Origin: Scyliorhinus canicula
Taxonomy: Eukaryota
Reading direction: 5' to 3'
Assembly (NCBI RefSeq): GCF_902713615.1
Contig: NC_052156.1
Coordinates: forward strand, 111,267,120-111,331,119
DNA length: 64,000 nucleotides
Shown here: positions 25,909 through 39,135 of the stretch, one piece after another
Layout: the number at the start of each line of letters is the position of its first letter
How positions within the stretch are numbered: the stretch's first letter is position 1
Made by a program: the position numbers and the translations under genes
The notes under the pieces: model-generated
Told to the model about the DNA's origin: nothing
Database searches by the model: none
The model's input: only the letters and a program-made list of their open reading frames with translations

Positions 25909-28444
25909 AGGTTTTGGAATTGGTGATATTGTTAAGTTCAGTTTAAAAACAAAATAAGATACATAAACTCAGAAGTGTTTCGCTTTCCCTGGTTCCGAGA
26001 GAGGACTATTCTATTATTCACTTTGCCTGTGCCAGAAGCAAAGACTTGTTTCCATAAGGCAGCTGACAGAGTTCCATTTTAAGTGTTGAATTATCTAAAT
26101 TGTTCTCTGCAAAATATAGAAATTTTACTGTTCGAAGCACCAAGTGTCATTGCTGCACCTCAATAAAGTAATCACCTTTACACTTAAAGCCAAAAATACA
26201 GACCAGAGAGAAGAAGCTGCAGATTTGTTCTCTGAAAATTTTAAACCAGAATGAACATTTTTATTTTGGATGCCATGCTTTGCAGAACTAAAGATGTCGG
26301 TGTCTGGTAATATTGCCCTTTTTTAAGTAACATTTTTTTTGTTTAATAAACGCTGTCAGGATTTTAGTCTGTACCAGTCAATACCGTGAACCTGACATTG
26401 CCACATTCAAGGCAATTGAAGCCTCCCTAAATTAGAGCATGACCTATTACTGAGAAATGGATGTGCACACTGAGTCAGTAGGGGCACTGCTCACTCACAT
26501 GGCGGATTTTAATATGGGTGAGGAAAATCATGCCAGTCAGCTGGGAGCCAGCGAGAGCCCTCTTTCAGAAGGGCCATCAAATTCATTGCCAACAAAATGA
26601 CAAGTCTTATGCCTACCATTAGGTGAGTGCAAGCAGCAATGGGATGAGGTCTTTATGTGGTCGTTAATTTTTTTTCCTTCTTCGTTCATGGCATGATGGC
26701 ATCGCTGGCTAGGCCTGCATTTATTGCCCATCCCTAAATGCCCTTGCTCATAGGGCATTTAAGAGTCAACCACATTGCTCTGGGTTTGGAGTCACATGGA
26801 GGCCAGGCCGGTAAGGGTAGCATAGATACATAGATACATAGAAAATAGGAGCATGAAGAGGCCTTTTGGCACTTCGGGCCTGCTCCGCTATTTTATCACG
26901 ATCATGGCTGATCATCCAACTCAATAGCCTAATCCTGCTTTTTCCCCATAACCTTTGATCCCATTCGCCCCAAGTGCTATATCTAGTTGCCTCTCGAATA
27001 TATTCCTAAAGGACATGAGTGAACCAGATGGGTTTGTACTACAATCAACAATGGTTTCATGGTTAGACTTTTAATTTCAGATTATTATTGACTTCAAATT
27101 TTACCATTTGTCCTGGTGGGTTTTGAATCCAGGTCCCCAGACCATTACCCTGGGTCTGTAGATTGCTAGTCCAGTGATGTTACCACAATGTCACCTTCTC
27201 CCCCATTACCCACGTCGGAGCCTTAATTGGCGGCAGGGCGGGAAGTCCGTCCATGGGCTTTCCTGCCCTGACCTTAATCGGGGCAGAAGTGGGATGGCGG
27301 CAAGGGCCCCAAAGCCACTCTCCCACCAAATTAAATGATCCTTCCTACACCAAAAACCTCAGGGGAGGTCATATATTAAACTTCATTCAAAGAATGATAG
27401 AAAGGGAGGTAAAACCACCAGTTGCAATAAGTCTGAAATACCATGGTGAATTTTGTTAATCCAATGACATGCAATCCCTAAACATGGTATTTGCAAGGGT
27501 GTGAGATACAAAGGATAGAAAAAAACATGCCAATGGAATCTGTACTTTGTTTTGAATCCAAGTACAGTACTGAGAGAAAAGCCTAAATAATCTTATAACC
27601 AACATAATACAGCAACTAATTAGGGCTTTATCCTTTGTCAGATTCTGTAACTATCCCCTCAGTTCAGGCTTTCTTGCATACATTGTCAGGCCATGAATTG
27701 TTGGGTCGTGGGTGGTGGTGGGGAAGCTATTTGTCACCCATTAGTGCGCAATTAATGCGCACATTTCTCTAAGACATCAAAGGAGGATCAATTTCAGATT
27801 TTACTTGCTGCACTTCTGGACGGTTTCATTCAGTGCTCTAAGCCTCAACATGGGGTTACCATGGAAACTGCTGAAAGGCATCACAATTCACATCATTATA
27901 TCTGAAGGTTGCTGCTTCTGATTGGAAGGCACAAACTGGGTTGAGCAATACAATTCCTGACGTAAAGAGCAGTGCAGTGAGGCCTACTCATGAGCTAAAA
28001 GCCATTGATTTACTGTTCATAAACAAAAAAGCAAAAACATTAATGGGTTAGGTTTGAATTAAGCTGAGCAGGATGAGGCAGAAGGTCAATAGTTTTGAAG
28101 TCCGTAACTTTGCACATCTATTAGATTTGATAAGGAGACCTGACTGTTGCAGCTCATAGCTGTGATCACATCCTGGCATCATTCTCGGAGCCTAATATCC
28201 AACAGCGGCCTCCATTTATATGGCACCATTAACATAGTACAACTTGCCAGGTGTTTCCCAGGAGCAATATCAACAAAGTATGACGCCTGAGCCAAATGAG
28301 GAAACATTAGGATATGTGAATGAAGCTTGGATAGTGAAGGAGCATCTTAACGCGGAGAGAGTGGGAGAAAGGACGAAAATGTTTGGGAGGGAATTCCAAA
28401 GATTAGCACCTAGGCTGCAAGGCATAGCCGATAACGGTAGCCAT

Positions 28445-29164
28445 GATGTGGAGATGCCTGTGTTGGACTGGGGTGAGCACAGTAAGAAGTCTTACAACAC
28501 CAGGTTAAAGTCCAACAGGTTTGTTTACAATCACTAGCTTTTGGAGCACTGCTCCTTCCTCAGGTGAATGAAGAGGTATGTTCCAGAAACATATATATAG
28601 ACAAATTCAAAGATGCCAGACAATGCTTAGAATGTGAGCATTTGCAGGTAATTAAATCTTTACAGCTCCAAAGATAGGGGTAACCCCAGGTTAAAGAGGT
28701 CTGAATTGTCTCTAGCCAGGACAGTTGGTAGGATTTGCAAGCCCAGGCCAGATGGTGGAGGATGAATGTAATGCGACATGAATCCCAGGTCCTGGTTGAG
28801 GCCGCACTCATGTGTGCGGAATTTGGCTATAAATTTCTGCTCGGCAATTCTATGTTGTCGCGCATTCTGAAGGCCGCCTTGGAGAATGCTTACCCAGAGA
28901 TCAGAGGCTGAATGCCCTTGACTGCTGAAGTGTTCCCCGACTGGAATGGACCATTCCTGCCTGGTGACTGTCGCGCGATGTCTGTTCATTCGTTGTCGCA
29001 GCGCCTGCATGGTCTCGCATGTACCACGCTTCGGGATGTCACCATCGCCAGGCAGGAATGTTCCCTTCCACTCGGGGAACACTTCAGCAGTTAAGGGCAT
29101 TCAGCCTCTGATCTCCGGGTAAGCGTTCTCCATGGCGACCATCAGCACGTGCGACAACGCAGAA
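28445..29164 (-). mobile_element. Penelope-like retroelement 3' fragment (GIY-YIG endonuclease end + terminal repeat) with inverted duplication
   Basis: Peptide ETMQALRQRMNRHR..PVGEHFSSQGHSASDLWVSILQG..RIAEQKFIAKFRTHECGLN. Hammerhead motif at 28532-28566 (-) with GAAA changed to AAAA. Inverted copy at 29033-29164. Confidence 0.85.
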
Positions 29165-29269
29165 AATGTATAATTTCGCACTTCTCTGCATTAAATTACT
29201 ATACCACCATGCTGCCCTATTTATGTGCCGATAGAAGACCTTTGGATTCCCATTTGGAGCCTTAGAAAA

Positions 29270-30197
29270 ATTGGAGTTGATGGGAATAAGGGGAAAATCT
29301 CTCCACTAGTTGGAGTCATACCTAGCACAAAGGATGGTGATTGTAGGTTGTTGGAGGGTAATCATCCCAGTTGCACAACATCACTGCAAGAATTCGTCAG
29401 AGTAGTGTCCGAGGCCCAACTGTCTTCAGCTGTCTCACCATTGACTTTCCTTCCATCACAAACGAGATGCCAACCATCTCCCCTTGACATTCAATGGCAT
29501 TATCGTTGATGAATCCCCCACAACCAGCATCTTGGGGTTGGGGGGGGGGGGGGGGGGGGGAGGGGGTTACCAGTAACCAGAAACTGAATTGGACAAGCCA
29601 TATAAAAACTGTGGCAATTACAGCAGTTCAGAGAACAGGGATTCTGTGGTGAGCAACTCACCTCTTGTTCTCCTCAAATCCTGTCCATTATCTACAAGGC
29701 ACACGTCAGGAGTGTGATGGAATACTTTCCACTTGCCTGATGGAAGCAGCTCCAAAAATACTCAAGAAGCTCAACACCATCCAGAGCGAAGCACCCCATC
29801 CACCACCTTCAATAGTCATTCCCTCCACCACTGACGCACAGTGGCAGCCGTGTGTACCATCTACAAGATGCACTGCAGCAACTCACCGAGACTCCTTTGA
29901 CAGCACCTTCCAAACCCACAAACTCTATCACCTAGAAGGACAAGGACAATGGATGCATGGGAACACCGCCACCTACAAATACCGTGCAAGCCACTCACCA
30001 TCCTGACTCAGTACCGTTCATTCAGTGTTGCTGGGTCAAAATCCTGCAACTATCTCCCTGACAGCACTGTGGGTTTACCTACACCACAGGGGCTGCAATG
30101 GTTCAAGAAGGTGGCTCACCACCACCTTTCCAAGGGCAATGATGGATGGGAAATAAATGCTGGCCGAGCCAATCACACCCACATCCCATGAGAGAAT
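29270..30197 (+). mobile_element. Degenerate LINE 3' fragment (CR1/L2 group); a related copy lies at ~24945-25547 (-)
   Basis: RT C-terminal remnants (AAPKILKKLNTIQ) and tail TTCAAGAAGG..CTCACCACCACC..AATAAATGCTGGC..CACATCCC. Confidence 0.65.
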
Positions 30198-31494
30198 TAA
30201 AGACATGCTGCAAGAATGGACTTTAGAGTATTTTTAGATGGATGCCCCAAGGTTGACTAACTGGTCTTGTCTATTTTTCTTTCTGGTTTGATGAAATTTA
30301 TAGAGAGGTGAGTTTTAAAAAACAAAGGCCGCTACTGAATTAGTCATAGCGGGCCATTGAGCATACATGTACATTGTTCAACTGCAGAAAACAAACAAAG
30401 GTCTCTGTTGAATTAGTCACAGTATGCTCAGGAGTGGACATGCACATTGTTCAAGTGCTCCAGTGAGTTATGTTTGTGGGTTCAATCGCTGTACCAAGGA
30501 TTCAGGGGAGTAAATCAGAAATTCCTGGCAACAACCACTTTGTTTTTCTCCCTTGAGCTGCTTTCATATTTTGCTCTTCCCTTGCTTCCCACAGTCCCTC
30601 GTTAGAGTAAGTTTCATAGAATTCATACAGTGCAGGAGGAGGCCATTCGGCCCATTGAGTCTGCATTGACCCTCTGAAAGAGCACCCTACCTAAGCCCAC
30701 TCCCCTGCCCCACCCTGTAACCCCACCCAGCCTTTGGACATTAAGGGGCAATTTAGCATGGCCAATCCACCTTACTTGCTTATCTTTGGACTGTGGGAGC
30801 CAAATCAAAACACCCCGGGGGAAGACAGGCAGACATGTGGAGAACGTGCAAAATCAACACAGTCAATCACCCGAGGTTGGAAGTGAACCCGGGTCCCTGC
30901 CGCTGAGGCAGCAGTGCTAACCACTGTGCCATCCCATATGACTCGTTTTTTTTAAAAAATTGTCTAAAAATCATGAAAAAGGAGGCAACCCAAATTGTGT
31001 TTCTATTCTCCACTGCGATAAGGACCTTTGGAGCCATACACATCAGCAGTGGCCAGCACTGGGATCTCAGGAGTCTCTTCAATTCAAAACAGCAGCAAGG
31101 TGTGGGTGGAGGTCAGGACAGCTGACAGACATTTCCAAAACTTGGCCTGGAACATTTGGAGGGAAGCCATGTGAAAAGAGGAAAGTACATATTCTAGGCA
31201 CCTATCTTCATGTTGAGACTGTCTTGTGAGATTTGGGACATTCAATGATTTATAGAGGCCCGCAGTGAAACTATCGAACATATGATGGCTTCAACTGTTT
31301 CTCCCAAACCATTGTTTAAATCAAATAAAATGCAGGAAATGGAACATTTACCGCTCCATGCCAATGCATAAGTCGCTGATTTTAAAGTAAATTGTGGTCA
31401 AAAGGAAAATAACTGCAAATAAACGTACTAGGCTTCAGAGACAATTCAACCTTGCATGAACCATGACAATATCTGGATGATATAACAACTTATA

Positions 31495-31999
31495 TTTATA
31501 TTGCACTTTTTTTAACATAATGAAATAACCTAAAGTGCTTCAAAGGAGCATTATAATTCAAAGTATGACATCCAGACACATAAGAACATATTAGGTCAGA
31601 TGACTGAAAACTTGGTTTTAAGCAGTATTTAACAGGATGAATGTGAGGTAGTGAGGTTGAGGGAGATATTTCTTCAGCTTGGGGCCGAGGCAACGGAAGG
31701 TACAGCCACCAATGGTGGAGCAGTTTTGATTGGGGGTGCACAAGAAGAGAGAACTTGGGGCGACATATATCTTGGAGGGCTGTGGGGATGGAGGAGATTA
31801 CAGTGATTGGGCAGGGCGAGGCCATGGAGGGAATTTGAAAACATTGCTTGACCGAGAGCCAACACGGGTCTGCAAGCACAGGGTTGATTGGTGAATGGGA
31901 GTCGCAGTGAAGACACGAGCAGCAGAGTTTTGGACGACCGTGAGTTCACAGAGGGCAGCGTATGGGAGCTCAGCTGGGAATGCAATGCAATAGCCGAGT
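31495..31999 (-). mobile_element. L2-like LINE 3' fragment (continues at ~33405-33650)
   Basis: Reverse-strand L2-type tail TGAAGCACTTT..GTGCAATATAAAT and RT C-terminal remnants. Confidence 0.55.
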
Positions 32000-32950
32000 C
32001 ATAAGAACATAAGAACTAGGAGCAGGAGTAGGCCATCTGGCCCCTCGAGCCTGCTCCGCCAATCAATGAGATCATGGCTGATCTTTTGTGGGCTCAGCTC
32101 CGCTTTCCGGCCCGAACACCATAACCTTTAATCCCTTTATTCTTCAAAAAACTATCTATCTTTACCTTAAAAACATTTAATGAAGGAGCCTCAACTGCTT
32201 CACTGGGCAAGGAATTCCATAGATTCACAACCCTTTGGGTGAAGAAGTTCCTCCTAAACTCAGTCCTAAATCTACTTCCCCTTATTTTGAGGCTATGTCC
32301 CCTAGTTCTGCTTTCACCCGCCAGTGGAAACAACCTGCCCGCATCTATCCTATCTATTCCCTTCATCATTTTAAATGTTTCTATAAGATCCCCCCTCATC
32401 CTTCTAAATTCCAACGACTGCAGTCCCAGTCTACTCAACCTCTCCTCATAATCCAACCCCTTCAGCTCTGGGATTAACCTAGTGAATCTCCTCTGCACAC
32501 CCTCCAGTGCCAGTACGTCCTTTCTCAAGTAAGGAGACCAAAACTGAACACAATACTCCAGGTGTGGCCTCACTAACGCCTTATACAATTGCAACATAAC
32601 CTCCCTAGTCTTAAACTCCATCCCTCTAGCAATGAAGGACAAAATTCCATTTGCCTTCTTAATCACCTGTTGCACCTGTAAACTAACTTTCTGTGACCCA
32701 TGCACTAGCACACCCAGGTCTCTCTGCACAGCGGCATGCTTTAATATTTTATTGTTTAAATAATAATCCCGTTTGCTGTAATTCCTACCAAAATGGATAA
32801 CCTCACATTTGTCAACATTGTATTCCATCTGCCAGACCCTAGCCCATTCACTTAACCTATCCAAATCCCTTTGCAGACTTCCAGTATCCTCTGCACTTTT
32901 CGCTTTACCACTCATCTTAGTGTCATCTGCAAACTTGGACACATTGCCCT
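32000..32950 (-). mobile_element. Young 5'-truncated CR1 LINE (open RT C-terminus, 32094-32950)
   Basis: VSKFADDTK..LVRPHLEYCVQFWSP..FFTQRVVNLWNSLP with no stops; (TTCTTATG)n tail at ~32000-32015. Confidence 0.9.
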
Positions 32951-35125
32951 GGGCTGGATTCTCTTGTTCCCCCAGCCGCGTGCTCCTCAGCGGTGTGCCC
33001 TCACCGGCAACGGGATTCTCCGTTCCAGCGATTTCCCATTGTGGCCACCCCAAGCCGCCGGGTAACCCGCGGGCGTGGATGCGCAGCCGGTGGAACAGAG
33101 AATCTCGCCGGCAGAGAATTCACCCCAATAAAGGCACGAGTGTGGGTTTCAGCATCAGATAAACTGAGAAAAGGGCAATGTTACTGAGGCAACTTCATGA
33201 TAGCCTGAAAAGCAGGTTGAAACCTCAGGTTGGATTCTTCAGTGCTCCAGCCACGTTTTCTCAGCAGCGCGCCGTTCGCTGGCGTCAGGATTCTATACTC
33301 CCACCGCTTGTCAATGGGATTTCCCATTGATGCCACCCCATGCCCGGCGGAAACACGCAGGCAGGGGTGCGCTGCCGGTCAGAAAAGAGAATCCCAACAG
33401 CCCTAATCTTGAATCAGATGTGGCACCAAGGTTGCAAACAGGCAAGCTGAATTACAGCCAGGGAGGGAGATGCAGTTGCAGAATGGAGTTTGGAGCTGGA
33501 ACTGAAAACAATGGATTCAGCCTTCCCAATATTTAATTAGAGGAAACTTTTACTGATCCAGTTCAGGGGATCCGATCTGTCTGATAACTTGTGGAGGAAT
33601 TGAAATAGGTGGCGGTGAGGTAGAGTTGGATGTCGTCAATGCATTTGGCTGATACCTGAACTTCAGGGGTTACGTTATGAGGAGGGATTATACAAAATTA
33701 GGCCCATTTTCCCTAGAATTTAGAAGGTTAAGGGTGATCTGATCAAAGTTTTTAAGATATTAACAGGAAAAGACAAGGTAGATAAAGATCCACTGTTTCC
33801 CCTGGTTGGAGATTCTGGAACTCGGGGGACATAGTCTATAAATTACGGTTCGACCATTCAGGAGAGATGTTAGGAAGAACCTCAGCAGACAAAGGGTAGT
33901 AGAGGTTTTGAACTCCCTTCCACAAATGGCAATCAATGCTAGACCAGTTGTTAATTTTAAATATGAGATAGATACATTTTTGTTTGGCAAAGGTATTAGA
34001 TACATTTTTGTTTGGCAAAGGTATTGAGGGATATGGACCAAAGGCTGGTATATGGAGTTCGACCACAGATCAGCCAGGATCTCATTGAATGGTGGAGCAG
34101 GCTCGCAGGACTGAATGGTCTCCTTCTGTTCCTATGTTCCTTGGGGCAGGATGTAGATGAGGAATTCCTCCCATTAAACTGAACTGAACAGGGACAGTTT
34201 TATGCTTTATGCTGTTACAAGTTTCACTCTTTTTTTGAAGGTTCTAAACTATATCCACATAAGATATATGGCACAGAAACAGGTCATTTGGCCCAACCAG
34301 TCCATGCTGGTATTTATGCTCCACTTGAGCCTTCTGCCATCTTTCCTCATCTAAATCTATAATCATTACTCTCTATTCCCTTCTCTCGCATCTGCTTGCT
34401 TACCTTAACTCCATCTATACTGTTCACTTCAACCACCCCCCTGTGATAGTGAGTTCCACATTGTCATCACTCTTTGGATGAAGAATGGTCTTCTACATTC
34501 TTTATTGGGGGCGTGATTTAACCACCGCGTTGTGCGTGGTGCGGATCTGGGCGCAGCAGTTAAATAGCAAGAAAGACCAAAATCAAGATTTGCGGCGGAT
34601 GTGAATCAGTTTTCTACCTAACCGGCCCGCACCCGATGGCAAGTTCTGGATCATGCACAAACATGGCGAGCACATAATTAAACCTAACTTGCACTCATTT
34701 CCATCTCATCAGCAAGTTGAAGTCGAATGCAACCGCCTCCCAGGAATTAATCGGCTCCCCAGAGGGAAATCATCCGGCCGTCATTTAGTACTCCTTTTTA
34801 AAATGTGAGGGGAACTGAGGGGGTGAGTAGCCATTTGCATTTCCCATCTGATACAGTGTTTGTTGGAGGGTGGGGGAGGTGGGGGTGGGGAGCTGGGGGG
34901 TGGACCCCTCAGTGGGGTCGGGCTTTGTTGGGGAGCAGAAGTGTTCCTGGTCGGGTGTCACCTTTGAGCCGGGGGGGGGTTGGGGAATGTGGGGGTAGGG
35001 ACCTTTTGTCTGTGAAGCCTTCAAGTCACTGTTAAATATTGTTACCCATAACAGGGGCAACTACAGCTGTTGCCTGTCTGTCCTACTACACACGTCCAGA
35101 ACAGAATCCTGTTCTTGGTTCTATG

Positions 35126-35350
35126 TTTTAAAAAATAAATTTAGCGTACCCAATTCATTTTTCCAATTAAGGGGCAATTTAGCGTGGCCAATCCACCTAG
35201 CCTGCACATCTTTTGTTGTGGGGACGAAACCCACGCAAACATGGGGAGAATGTGCAAACTCCACACGAACAGTGACCCAAAGCCGGGATCGAACCTGGGA
35301 CCTCGGTGCCGTGAGACAGCAGTGCTAACCACTGTGCCACCGTGCTACCC
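35126..35350 (-). mobile_element. Short V-SINE, third tail type; same subfamily at 14010-14223(-), 24282-24510(-); related partial copies at 18441-18600(+), 49940-50040(-)
   Basis: tRNA head, shortened V-domain and tail CCCTTAATTGGAAA..AATTGGGTAC.CTAAATTTATTTTT. Confidence 0.8.
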
Positions 35351-35877
35351 CTCTTGGTTCTATGCTGAAGGTCACTTTAACTCACTTTGCCTGTGAGCAG
35401 CCTCTAGCTTCACATGAGGAATTGGCCTTGTTAGTTGTAAGAGCAGTTTACAGCTGCCTGTTGTGTTTGCTGCTTGCTCCTGCTGGTGGCTGCAAATGCC
35501 TGGAGGCTGCTGTTGCTCTTTCCTTCTATTTCTGTAGCTGGAAAGAAGGACAACTTTTTCTAAGATCCTTGGGTCATGGAACACCAGACTCAGAGGGACG
35601 TATGAGTCCAGAAGGCAATCCGGTTTGAAGCACAGACACTGCGGGGCCTGCTGTGTGATATTGATCCAAATGGGTCACCTGATCATACCGTGAAAGAAAT
35701 GCTTTCGCAGATTCCTGATGCTTCTGTTGCTGGTGTGATGAGTGCTGCTTGTAACTGGCACCTCACCGTGGATTAAACACACTGAAAGTCAAGGATGTTC
35801 AACTGTACCTTGAGTGCCAGTGGAATATGTGGATGCCAGGATTTGGTTCCGGTGAGATTGGGCCGCGTGGGAGGGCC

Positions 35878-37130
35878 ATGTGCTGCAGGAGACTCCGTCT
35901 CAATGAAGAGATAGTGCGGCACCTGTGCCACGTACTCGCAAACCTGTCACCCCGCCAAGGAGGAGGACACCCACTTCTGGTGGCTGTGAAGGTCACCGCA
36001 GCCCTGAACCTCTATGAAATTGTTTCATTCCAGTGCTTGGGGGAGGGGGGGGGGGGGAACTTGTGCGGCATTTTACAAGCTACAGCCCACAAGTGCAGCC
36101 ATGTGATGCGTTGGATGCTCTGGATGCCTAGGCAGCAGACTTCATCAACTTTGAGTTGAATGAAATGAAAATCGCTTATTGTCACGAGTAGGCTTCAATG
36201 AAGTTACTGTGAAAAGCCCCTAGTCGCCACATTCCGGCGCCTGTCCGGGGAGGCTGGTACGGGAATCGAACCGTGCTGCTGGCCTGCTTGGTAAGCCGAC
36301 GATTAGCCCTGTGAGCTAAACCAGCCCCTAGTTGGACTAGGCCCACCAAGATACCCGGGCTGCAGGATTTCTGCCTTCGCCGGAATGCCTTGGTCCAAGG
36401 GGCAATAGATGGCATGCATGTTGCCTTGTGCGTACAGGGGCATCAGGGAGTGTCCTTCATTAACAGGAAGGGGTTCCACTCCATGACTGTTCAACTCATG
36501 TGCGAATACCACCTCCGGATCATGCACATGTGTGCACCTTTCCCAGGGAGCATGCATGACAGCTACATCCTGTGATGCTCAGAAATCCCCAGCGTCTTCG
36601 AGGACCACCACAGGATGACGGATTGGCTCTTGGGGGTTGAGGGGAATCTGTTGAGGTCCTGGTTGATGATGCCAGTGTGGAGGGCTGAGACTGAGGTAGA
36701 GATATGATATAACAAGTCCATGCTGTCACCCGTCATTGACCGATGCAACAGCTGGCTGAACATGGAGGTCCGATGCACGGACCGCTCTGATGTTGCACTG
36801 CACTACATCCTCCTACTGGGGCTGTTTAGCTCACTGGGCTAATCACTGGCTTTGAAGGCAGACCAAGGCAAGCTAGCAGCACGGAATTCCCGTACCAGCC
36901 TCCCCTGAACAGGCGCCGAAATGTGGCGACTAGGGACTTTTCACAGTAACTTCATTTGAAGCCTACTCGTGACAATAAGCGATTTTCATTTTTCATTTCA
37001 TTTCAGAGGGTCTTCCGCCTTGTGGTGGTCTGCTGTGCCCTCTATAATCTGGTACAGCGGTGCCACGACATGCTGGAGGAGGAGGGGAGACATGCAGCCT
37101 CGTCTGAGGAGGAGGAGGATGAGGACCTAA
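35878..37130 (+). pseudogene. Harbinger (HARBI1-like, DDE_Tnp_4) transposase pseudogene
   Basis: Fragments CCRRLRLNEEIVRHLC..VAVKVTAALNLY, VQGAIDGMHV..FINRKGFHSMTVQLMC..FPGSMHDSYIL, WLLGVEG (expected Asp lost), VVVCCALYNL + acidic tail. Stops, frameshifts and two SINE insertions. Confidence 0.88.
36159..36329 (-). mobile_element. Short tRNA-derived SINE with (TTTCA)n tail; second copy at 36818-37005(+)
   Basis: GGGGCTGGTTTAGCTCA head, GGTTCGATTCCC B box, TSD AGTTG; both copies interrupt the Harbinger transposase. Confidence 0.82.
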
Positions 37131-37399
37131 AGGGGATGGAGTTTATGCTAAAGTCAGAGTCCTGTCTTTCTGCTGACAGCGCGTTCACACCTATCCTCTG
37201 AATGGGGTCTGCATTGCAGATGTTTGATAATGGACCACTGTGCCAAGGGGCCTACTGCGACGTGTGTCCCCAGGATACACATCAGAGGTGGAGGCGGCCT
37301 GCTGTTTACTACATCCTGTGGCCTTTGATGCCCTTGGCAGACGTCATCTGGAGAACCTGGAGCCTGAGGGTCCGGCCACGTTACCGGTGTCACTAGCAT

Positions 37400-39135
37400 T
37401 GCTGTGCCACCGGGTTCTGCCCGCTACCTTCGAGTTGTGCCGGTGTGAGGAAAGGGGGATTCAGAAGAACTGGAGACTGCTGTCATCTCCTTGGTGGCAG
37501 GCCACGGGTTGGCCTCCAGGGATTCCTCCTCCCACGTGGTACCCCCAGGTCCCTGGGGGTCTCAATGGGGTGGAGGGTCAGCTGGACGGAGCTCCAGAGA
37601 CCTCTGAATAATCTGGCTCTGCCAGTCCTGGCGGCTCCCCATTGTCGGCACCATGTTGTCGACGCCCTCAGCGATGGTCCTCATGCTCTGCAGTGCCTCA
37701 GCAACGTCCATCTGCGACAGTGACGCGTTCCTCAGTGACTGGGACATGCTTTGCAGTGTCTCGGTAATTTCCACCTGTGTCTGGGACAAGATCCTTCAGC
37801 ATCTGGGACACGATGTCGAGGCCCTAAGCCATGTTCATCATGGACTGAGCTATGACTTGGGCACCAGCGGACATCGCGCTCCAGGCTTTCCACTGCTGTC
37901 ACCAACCTAACAGTGTTGGCCCCGGTGCCACGTATTGTCGGCATCATCTCCTGCGCCCGTGTCCTTTGGGACTCCTCCAATCGGCTATATACTTGCTGGA
38001 ATGTTGCTGACATCCCCTCTTGAATCTCACAGCTGTGTCCTATCAGCTACATCTGCTCTGGGATAATCGTGTCCAGAGCCTCAGCATCTGGCTCGAAACC
38101 CAGCTGAGTCCTGGGATCCAGCAGACCTCCGACTGCTGACTCCCTTGAATGTTCCTTCCTCCACCTGATGTGCCCTGGAAGCCCGTTCACTAATGTCACC
38201 CACCCAGGTGTGTGTCTCTGCGCTGGTGGATGGTGGGGGTGATTACTGTGATGCCTCGATAATGGTCCCTTGGAGCTCTCCTCTGCGGTGGTCTCTTGGG
38301 TGGCGGGGGGTTGGGGGGGGGGGGGGGGGGGGGGGGGGAACGGGACGACTGCAGATGCCCCGGCCCCATCAGATGGAGTTCCTGTGAGACAATGAACATG
38401 TGGTCAGCATCATTTTGCTTGACATGAAAACTCACTTGAGACAGGTCATCTAGGTGAAGGGGCAGTGCATCCTCACCTCTGTGGTGCAGGCTGACTTCAT
38501 TGTCAGTGACTGCTCTCTCCTCGGTCAACCCCACAATTTCCATAGCCTGTCCATCTTAGAGGGTGAGGACTCGAATCTCTGGTACTCCGCCCCTTGCTTT
38601 GGCCTTTTCCCGCTTATTATGGGCTATGTTTACCTGCGTGAACAAAGTGACAGCATTGTGAGCTGCACGCTTGATGAGTCGGGGGCAGGGGTCAATAGCA
38701 GATGACATGTGTGGGCAATGCAACCGGGCATGAAGGGGTTGTACTGCTGGTTGCCAAGGGTGTTCTGAGGAGCAAACACAAAGATCAGATGTGGGGGAAG
38801 GTTGCGAGGTATCAGCCAGGGATTTGTGGGATGGTGTTGGGGTGTTGGGTGTTTGAGGGTTGGCAGGCTGACACGATGCCAGGAAAGAGGTGGTAACTCA
38901 CCCTTGCAGATCAGTGGAGGTCATTGGTCATCTTCCGAGATTGGACGGCGGTCCTCTTGGCCATGCTGTCCGTACTGACAGCCACTGCCACTGCCTTCCA
39001 GTCAGTATTGGTGACTCTACTGCTGCTCCTCTAACCCCCTTGGGGGAACAGGATGTAAGGTTTCACATTGACGGCGTCGGGAAGGTTGGCCAGGTCGGCA
39101 TCCCGAAAGCGAGTAGCAGGTCTGTGGGCTGCCAT
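37400..39135 (-). pseudogene. Harbinger Myb/SANT-like (NAIF1-type) DNA-binding protein pseudogene with GT-AG introns
   Basis: Exon 39135-38902 MAAHRPATRFRDADLANLPDAV..DWKAVAVAVS..RTAVQSRKMTNDL|gtgagt; exon 38633-38477 (IAHNKREKAKARGGVPEIRVLT); third exon from 38381 with coiled-coil remnants. In-frame stops present; 3' boundary approximate. Confidence 0.78.

Noticed and set aside
32094-33053. 319-aa ORF as a standalone gene
   Set aside because: Chance in-frame fusion of a MITE (N-terminal ~35 aa) with a truncated CR1 RT tail.
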